A stretch of DNA of 64,000 bases from IMG/VR virus record IMGVR_UViG_3300027754_003462. One strand, given 5' to 3'. The position numbers were made by a program, and so were the translations under genes. The stretch's first letter is position 1, and every line of letters begins with the position of its first letter. The notes beneath the pieces were generated by a model. That model saw only the letters and a program-made list of their open reading frames with translations, was not told where the DNA came from and did no database searches. The stretch comes from a virus. Shown one piece after another: positions 57,713 through 64,000 of the stretch.

Positions 57713-60700
57713 TTGCCACTAGCACTGATCAACCCGGTTATATAAACACCTGAGGTAGCAAATACTGCCACGTTTGATGTGCCGGCAATTGTGATGTTGG
57801 CATTGCCGTTTAATGTTTGAATATCAATCAGTGTTGTACCATTTTGGATACGATCGCCCAGGATGTTACCACTCAGTGTGGCATTGCCTGACACACTCAA
57901 GTCACCTGTAATTGCCACAGCGCCTGAACTGATCACCATCACGTTTGATGTTCCATTCACTGATGTTGTGACGTTACCACCAGAACCGTTTACTGTAACA
58001 TTTGATGTGCCGTTGTTGATGTTGCTTACTGAGGTGATAATACCAGTCAGTGTAGCACCGTTGCCATAGTAGTTTGTGGCGTATACATCGCGGAATACCT
58101 GGGCCGAACTACCAATATCGTATGTGGTATTGGCATTGACCAATAGGCTACCTGAGATTGATACATTGGCTACCACGCCACCTGCAAATGCCGGACTTGA
58201 TATGTCGACCCAGTAATTAGACGTTCCATCATTGATATACTCATACAATACATCAGTTGTGGAGTTGTACCACTGCCATCCAGTTGTTGCACTGGCAGGA
58301 GGTGTTCCAGATGCTGTGAAGTTTACAATTGCTATACCGTTGGCATAGTAGTAGTTTGTTGCTGTAACGTTGCCACCACGGATGTTGCCTGTGGCACTTA
58401 TGATGCCAGCAGTCAACAAGTTGCCACCTGTGATGTTGGCAGTTGCTGATACCAGGCCACCTGTCAATACATTACCACCTGTGATGTTGGCAGCACTAGT
58501 GATAGTCGAGGTTGCACTGATCAATCCAGCAGTCAACAAGTTGCCACCTGTGATGTTGGCAGCCGAAGTAATAGTTGATGTTGCTGAGATCAAGCCAGCA
58601 GTGAGTACATTACCACCGGTTATGTTGGCAGTTGCCGATACTTGACCGGCTGTTGTTACATTGCCGCCAACAACGTTGGCTGCTGATGTTATTGTTGAAG
58701 TGGCAGATATCAATCCACCTGTCAACACATTGCCACCGGTTACGTTGGCAGTTGCCGAAATCAATCCTGCTGTGAGCAAATTGCCACCAGTGATGTTGGC
58801 AGCACTGGTTATGGTTGATGTTGCCGAAATCAATCCAGCAGTTAATACATTACCACCAGTGATGTTGGCAGCTGAAGTGATGGTTGATGTTGCCGAAATC
58901 AATCCAGCAGTTAATACATTACCACCTGTGATGTTGGCAGCACTGGTTATGGTTGATGTTGCCGAAATCAATCCAGCGGTCAACAGGTTGCCACCTGTGA
59001 CGTTGCCACTTGCACTTAGTACACCTGTGATGTATTCACCTGAGGTGGCAAATACTGCCACATTGCCTGTTCCGCCCACACCCACAGTAATATTGCCACC
59101 TGAACTTACTACAGTGACATTTGATGTGCCGTTGTTGATGTTGGCTACACTGGTGATCACCCCAGTCAAGAAATAACCATTACCTAAAACATAATTACCA
59201 GTAACGTTGCCGGTTGCACTTAGCACCCCCCCAGTAAAGAAGTTACCGGCAGTGATATTACCACTTCCTGAAATTGATCCACCTGAGCCATTGGTGTTGA
59301 TATTATTTGCAGTTATGTTGCCTGTGGCTGATATTTGGCCACCTGTCAACACATTGCCACCAGTTATGTTGCCAGTGGCTGATACTAATCCACCAGTTAA
59401 TACATTACCACCTGTGACATTGGCTGTGACGGATACCACAGCGCCCAAATGACTCGAACCAGTGATAGTACCGGTTGCTGATACTAAGCCACCTGTTAAA
59501 ATGTTACCACCAGTTACGTTGGCAGTGGCACTTACTAATCCACCAGTTAATACATTACCACCTGTGATGTTGGCTGCTGAAGTGATTGTACTAGTGGCTG
59601 AAATCAGGCCACCAGTTAATACATTGCCACCTGTGATGTTGGCTGCACTTGTGATTGTACTGGTAGCACTTATCAGGCCACCTGTAAGTATGTTACCACC
59701 TGTGATGTTGCCAGCGGCACTTACTATTGTTCCGGCATTAATAAATGAACTTACGGCTAGACTTGTACCATTTGCCACACCAATGTTTGGCGTTGTAAGG
59801 TTGGCACTTGTTTTGACGCTGATGTTACCACCACCGTCGAACGCTGTGGTAACACCATCAACTTTGGCATTGAATACCGATCCAATTAAACTTAAACCAG
59901 CACTGGTGTTAGCAGTGTATGACCCTGCGGCAGAGAACTGTGACCAGGTAATTGCTGTGGTGCCCATTGTTCCAGCGGCATCAGCAGTACATACCCAACC
60001 TGTGTCAGCATTGGTTGAACCTGTTTCAACGAATGTAAATGCCCCAGGAACCTCAGCCCAGACGTTCATGTCCACAGCACGTGTCAACACTGTGGCACTG
60101 GTGTAGGTGTAGATACCGTTGTTTGCCGCTGCCACTTCATTTTTAACCAACACACGAGTGCCAACTGTGGCAATGCTTGAACCGTCAATTGTGGTGTATG
60201 TGCCGGTTGTGGTCAATGTGGCGCCCACACCTGCGGTGCCGTTGTTGTATGTTATTGTACCACTGGATGCTGTGGCCAGGGTGCCTGTCGTGGCTGCCAG
60301 AACCGATGCCTTGGGATCAAGACCTTGAGCCACATTGTCAACGTAGACTTTTGTTGCGGCGTCTTGATCAGCAACTGGATCTGCCAGGTTGTTGATGTAT
60401 CTATTGCTCATCAACACGTTGCCCACAGGATTCACTGTGATATCTCCGCTTCCAGTGCTGAGGGTTAGACCAGTAGCGCCAACAACGTTGGCAGTCAATA
60501 CATTGCCGCCTGTGATATTGCCAGTTGCTGATATCAAGCCACCTGTTCTAATATTGCCACCGGTTATGTTGGCAGTTGCTGAAATCAATCCACCTGTCAA
60601 CACATTGCCACCAGTTACATTGGCAGTTGCCGAAATCAATCCACCTGTTAGTACATTGCCACCAGTGATGTTGGCAGCTGAAGTGATGGTTGATGTTGCC

Positions 60701-62604
60701 GAAATCAATCCAGCAGTCAATACATTACCACCTGTGATGTTGGCAGCTGAAGTGATGGTTGATGTTGCCGAAATCAATCCAGCAGTTAATACATTGCCAC
60801 CTGTGATGTTGGCTGTGGCACTAACAACACCACCTGTTAGGACATTACCACCAGTTATATTGGCAGATGAAGTGATAGTTGATGTTGCTGAAATCAACCC
60901 AGCAGTTAGTACGTTACCACCAGTTACATTACCACTTGCACTTAGTACACCTGTGATGTATTCACCTGAGGTGGCAAATACTGCCACATTGCCTGTTCCG
61001 CCCACACCCACTGTGACATTGCCACCTGAACTTACTACAGTGACATTTGATGTGCCGTTGTTGATGTTGGCCACTGATGTGATAACTCCAGTTAATAGCG
61101 CACCATTACCTAAGATGTAGTTGCCGGTTACGTTACCAGTAGTTGAAATATTTCCACCAATCACGTTGGCAGTGGCACTCACTAGTCCACCAGTTAATAC
61201 GTTACCACCTGTAATGTTTGCCGCACTTGTGATTGTACTAGTAGCTGAAACTAAACCACCGGTTAGCACATTACCACCAGTTACATTGGCTGTGGCACTG
61301 ATTAGGCCACCTGTTAGTACATTACCACCAGTGATATTGGCGGCACTGGTTATGGTTGATGTGGCCGAGATCAAGCCTGCTGTGAGCAAGTTACCACCTG
61401 TGACGTTACCAGTTACCGATGCAAGTCCACCTGACAGCAAGTTGCCACCTGTGACATTGGCAGTTGCTGATATCAGGCCACCAGTTAGTACATTACCACC
61501 TGTGATGTTGGCTGCTGAAGTGATTGTACTAGTGGCTGAAATCAGGCCAGCAGTTAATACGTTACCACCTGTGATGTTGGCAGCACTGGTTATGGTTGAT
61601 GTGGCTGATATTAGGCCAGCAGTCAACACATTACCACCTGTAATGTTGGCAGTTGCTGATATCAGGCCACCAGTTAGTACATTACCACCTGTGATGTTGG
61701 CTGCTGAAGTGATAGTTGATGTTGCTGATATTAGTCCACCAGTTAATATGTTACCGCCTGTGATGTTGGCAGTTGCACTTACTAAACCGCCAGTTAATAC
61801 ATTACCACTGGCAACGTTGGCGGTGCCCACACTGACCGCAGTGGCATTAGAAGTGATTGTTTGAGCACCTAGTTTGATGCTAGTTCCAGACAGGTACAAA
61901 TCCCGCCAGGCTTGTGTGGCACTGCCCAGGTCATATGTGATGTTGGCACTGGGCAATAAATTACCCAAAACATTACCAACAACGCTCAAATTACCCGCAG
62001 TGATAGTGCCAGCGGCTGATACCACGCCGCCAGTTAAGACGTTGCCGCCGGTTACATTGGCTGTGACTGATACCACAGCACCCAAGTGACTTGTGCCAGT
62101 TATGGTACCTGTGGCACTAATCAATCCACCAGTTAAAATGTTGCCGCCGGTTATGTTACCGGCCGCTGAACTTGTTCCGTTCGTGGCCAAATTGCCACCT
62201 GTAATTGTACCCGATGCACTCAATACGCCTGTGATGTATTCACCTGTTGTGGCAAACACTGCCACGTTGGCAGTTCCACCAACAGTGATAAAAATGTTGG
62301 CATTGGCAGTGGCCGCTATGTTTGAGTTACCTGAGGAGATTGGGAAACCGGCACTGGCAGCCGAGACCCCGGTAAGTTGTGAGCCGTTACCAATAAAGAA
62401 ATTGCCGGTGCCTACAGTGATGTTGCCCACAGCCGAAATTGTGGTACCTACTGTGAGTGCTCCATTCACAGCAATTGTGTTGGCTGTGATAACGTTGGCT
62501 GTGGATAAAATTCTGGTCCACGAATTGGTTGCGCTAGAGTATTGGTAAGATACTTGGTTTACTACCGTTACTTGTCCGTTTGTGGGTGATGCTGGGAAGG
62601 CCAT
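56929..62604 (-). CDS. Long repetitive fibre protein (1891 aa) with C-terminal intramolecular chaperone
   Basis: N-terminus MAFPASPTNGQ; DAATKVYVD...RVLVKNE...NGIY fibre module; YADLAE C-terminal domain; AGGAG RBS. Confidence 0.87.
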   Translation of the reverse strand: MAFPASPTNGQVTVVNQVSYQYSSATNSWTRILSTANVITANTIAVNGALTVGTTISAVGNITVGTGNFFIGNGSQLTGVSAASAGFPISSGNSNIAATANANIFITVGGTANVAVFATTGEYITGVLSASGTITGGNLATNGTSSAAGNITGGNILTGGLISATGTITGTSHLGAVVSVTANVTGGNVLTGGVVSAAGTITAGNLSVVGNVLGNLLPSANITYDLGSATQAWRDLYLSGTSIKLGAQTITSNATAVSVGTANVASGNVLTGGLVSATANITGGNILTGGLISATSTITSAANITGGNVLTGGLISATANITGGNVLTAGLISATSTITSAANITGGNVLTAGLISATSTITSAANITGGNVLTGGLISATANVTGGNLLSGGLASVTGNVTGGNLLTAGLISATSTITSAANITGGNVLTGGLISATANVTGGNVLTGGLVSATSTITSAANITGGNVLTGGLVSATANVIGGNISTTGNVTGNYILGNGALLTGVITSVANINNGTSNVTVVSSGGNVTVGVGGTGNVAVFATSGEYITGVLSASGNVTGGNVLTAGLISATSTITSSANITGGNVLTGGVVSATANITGGNVLTAGLISATSTITSAANITGGNVLTAGLISATSTITSAANITGGNVLTGGLISATANVTGGNVLTGGLISATANITGGNIRTGGLISATGNITGGNVLTANVVGATGLTLSTGSGDITVNPVGNVLMSNRYINNLADPVADQDAATKVYVDNVAQGLDPKASVLAATTGTLATASSGTITYNNGTAGVGATLTTTGTYTTIDGSSIATVGTRVLVKNEVAAANNGIYTYTSATVLTRAVDMNVWAEVPGAFTFVETGSTNADTGWVCTADAAGTMGTTAITWSQFSAAGSYTANTSAGLSLIGSVFNAKVDGVTTAFDGGGNISVKTSANLTTPNIGVANGTSLAVSSFINAGTIVSAAGNITGGNILTGGLISATSTITSAANITGGNVLTGGLISATSTITSAANITGGNVLTGGLVSATANVTGGNILTGGLVSATGTITGSSHLGAVVSVTANVTGGNVLTGGLVSATGNITGGNVLTGGQISATGNITANNINTNGSGGSISGSGNITAGNFFTGGVLSATGNVTGNYVLGNGYFLTGVITSVANINNGTSNVTVVSSGGNITVGVGGTGNVAVFATSGEYITGVLSASGNVTGGNLLTAGLISATSTITSAANITGGNVLTAGLISATSTITSAANITGGNVLTAGLISATSTITSAANITGGNLLTAGLISATANVTGGNVLTGGLISATSTITSAANVVGGNVTTAGQVSATANITGGNVLTAGLISATSTITSAANITGGNLLTAGLISATSTITSAANITGGNVLTGGLVSATANITGGNLLTAGIISATGNIRGGNVTATNYYYANGIAIVNFTASGTPPASATTGWQWYNSTTDVLYEYINDGTSNYWVDISSPAFAGGVVANVSISGSLLVNANTTYDIGSSAQVFRDVYATNYYGNGATLTGIITSVSNINNGTSNVTVNGSGGNVTTSVNGTSNVMVISSGAVAITGDLSVSGNATLSGNILGDRIQNGTTLIDIQTLNGNANITIAGTSNVAVFATSGVYITGLISASGNITGGNILTAGLLSLGGSSQAASYSASGNITGGNVLTGGLVSATGTITGSSHLGAVVSVTANITGGNILTAGLLSLGGSSQAASYSASGNITGGNLTVSTGTVTVGNIVNANGNGVGNIGSTSLYFNTIFGKATTAQYADLAEVYASDADYAPGTVLVFGGAQEVTISTTDSSRRVAGVVSTNPAHLMNATLESEHKVAVALTGRVPTQVIGPIAKGDMMVSAGDGRARAEAEPLSGAVIGKALEDFDGAEGTIEIVVGRI

Positions 62605-62679
62605 AATTTCTCCTGTTGGTCTTTTCTACTGCTACTACTTATACCAAAACAAAATATTTTTGTGACAAGCATTTTACTA

Positions 62680-63348
62680 CTAATTTCCTAGGTTTTCTTG
62701 CTCTGCAAGCCATTCTTCACGGGTCAATTTTCGAGATTGGTCTTGTTTTTGTTGTTCTAACCACTGTTCTCGAGTCATCACTTGCGTATTTATTGTGGCC
62801 GATTGCTCTCGCAACCACTCCTCTGTGGTCATAGTGCGAGTCACTGTGACCAAGTTTGTTGGTGTTGCGCTGTGTACCGTTTTGACTTCGATCTGCGAGG
62901 CCAACCACTGTTCTCGAGTCATGGGTGTGTTTGATTGTTGCTGTTGTGCCAACCACTCATCAGCGGTCATTTTTGTTTGTTCTGCCAACCATGCTTCAAC
63001 TGATATTGTGGGTGTTGTTGTTTGCTCCGCGGTCTGTTCATGGTCTGGCGAATAACGTGGATATTTTGTTTTTACTGCACGTATTCTAGCAGCCATTTCT
63101 GCGGGAAACACCCCAGCATGGTACAAGGCATCCAGTTGTTCTTGTATAGTTGGGTACTCTCTAGCACGATTTCTTTGATATTCCGCCCAGTCATAGGCCT
63201 GTTGCAAACGCTGTTGTTCTTGATATATTTGTTCCGCAGTGACTGGAGCAGTCGCAGGCCGGTGCCAGGTTATGGTCTGATCATACATGCTCACGCTGAC
63301 TTCTGCGTCAGGTACCAAACTTTGAATAGCATGAAATACGGTTATCAT
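62680..63348 (-). CDS. Tail-fibre assembly chaperone-like protein with C-terminal Trp repeats
   Basis: YQRNRAREYPTIQEQLDALYH...VKTKYP; follows a fibre gene. Confidence 0.65.
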   Translation of the reverse strand: MITVFHAIQSLVPDAEVSVSMYDQTITWHRPATAPVTAEQIYQEQQRLQQAYDWAEYQRNRAREYPTIQEQLDALYHAGVFPAEMAARIRAVKTKYPRYSPDHEQTAEQTTTPTISVEAWLAEQTKMTADEWLAQQQQSNTPMTREQWLASQIEVKTVHSATPTNLVTVTRTMTTEEWLREQSATINTQVMTREQWLEQQKQDQSRKLTREEWLAEQENLGN

Positions 63349-64000
63349 GATGCGGCAATCTCCTGGGCTATCAACCAGATATTTGTGCTGGTCAGTGTGC
63401 TACTGGTATTGGATACTCGTTGCTGTAATTTATAAGTTACCGCACCTGTTGTTCCCGGTGCATCTAGATAACTGTAAGATATAGCACCTGATGCACCAAT
63501 ACCACCAGTTGATACTGTTGTACCAACTGTTTGCACTTGCAAACTAGTACTGGGTGATCTAATCAATTGTGTATCAGCAGTGACGTTTGCTCCTGCCAAT
63601 GCACTAAACTCACTGGTACCAGTGGCCAAAATCAGCACTTTGCTGGTTGCGCTTGAAGGAGTAATAGTTACGTTTGCATAAGTGACATCAACATAGGATC
63701 CACTGTTTGTTACACTGCCGCCCAGGCTTGAACTCATCACCGTTTGTACCACGGCACCCAAGGGCATGTTGTATGCTGGTAATCTGTTGTTGATGTAGAG
63801 ATTTTGTGTGTAAGTGTTGCGAAAATACACACTGCTGGTACCAATGTCATAGGTAACGTTGGCTATTGGTATCAGTGTGCCAGAAATTGCCACGTTGGCT
63901 ACCACTCCCCCGGCAAAGGCAGGGCTGGTGGTATCTACCCAATAGTCACTGGTACCATCATCAAGATATTGATACAATACATCATTCACGGTATCGTACC
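63345..64000 (-). CDS. Tail fibre protein, C-terminal part (5' end outside the window)
   Basis: WYD..NDVLYQY.DDGTS.YWVD; GAVVQTV...ITPSSATSKVLI...LDAPGTTGAVTYKLQ...EIAA. Confidence 0.8.
   Translation of the reverse strand, partial: YDTVNDVLYQYLDDGTSDYWVDTTSPAFAGGVVANVAISGTLIPIANVTYDIGTSSVYFRNTYTQNLYINNRLPAYNMPLGAVVQTVMSSSLGGSVTNSGSYVDVTYANVTITPSSATSKVLILATGTSEFSALAGANVTADTQLIRSPSTSLQVQTVGTTVSTGGIGASGAISYSYLDAPGTTGAVTYKLQQRVSNTSSTLTSTNIWLIAQEIAAS

Noticed and set aside
48422-62548. Many plus-strand ORFs rich in LPPVTL/MLPPV
   Set aside because: They are antisense shadows of the repetitive minus-strand fibre genes
47989-62604. Periodic DNA repeats resembling a CRISPR array
   Set aside because: The repeats are in-frame coding units with synonymous variation; there are no unique spacers and no cas genes
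1-64000. Stop-codon reassignment, as seen in some large phages
   Set aside because: Conserved genes are full length in the standard code, and TAA, TGA and TAG all terminate genes

Overview
This window comes from a large T4-like (myovirus-type) bacteriophage genome and appears to use the standard genetic code. No bacterial housekeeping genes, rRNA, tRNA or CRISPR array were found. From left to right it holds: uvsW helicase (cut by the window edge); a radical SAM gene; an early sigma70-driven cassette (AAA ATPase plus tiny ORFs); an ~11 kb, 15-gene cluster of glycosyltransferase, methyltransferase and nucleotidyltransferase genes; uvsY, uvsX and gp32; terminase; two more radical SAM genes; a signal-peptide nuclease; putative head-internal proteins; gp4, tube, sheath, neck (gp13/gp14) and gp15 genes with two free-standing homing endonucleases; and a ~16 kb array of repetitive, Asn-X-Thr-rich fibre genes. 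The strongest leads are (1) a late-expressed glycan/methylation toolkit in a genome with sequon-rich fibres, suggesting virion self-glycosylation; (2) a hairpin at the end of the early operon whose loop is complementary to early-gene ribosome-binding sites; (3) pervasive leaderless gene starts; (4) a probable AUU start for gp14; and (5) an RBS-occluding hairpin before gp13. All calls come from reading motifs by eye; no database searches were run.
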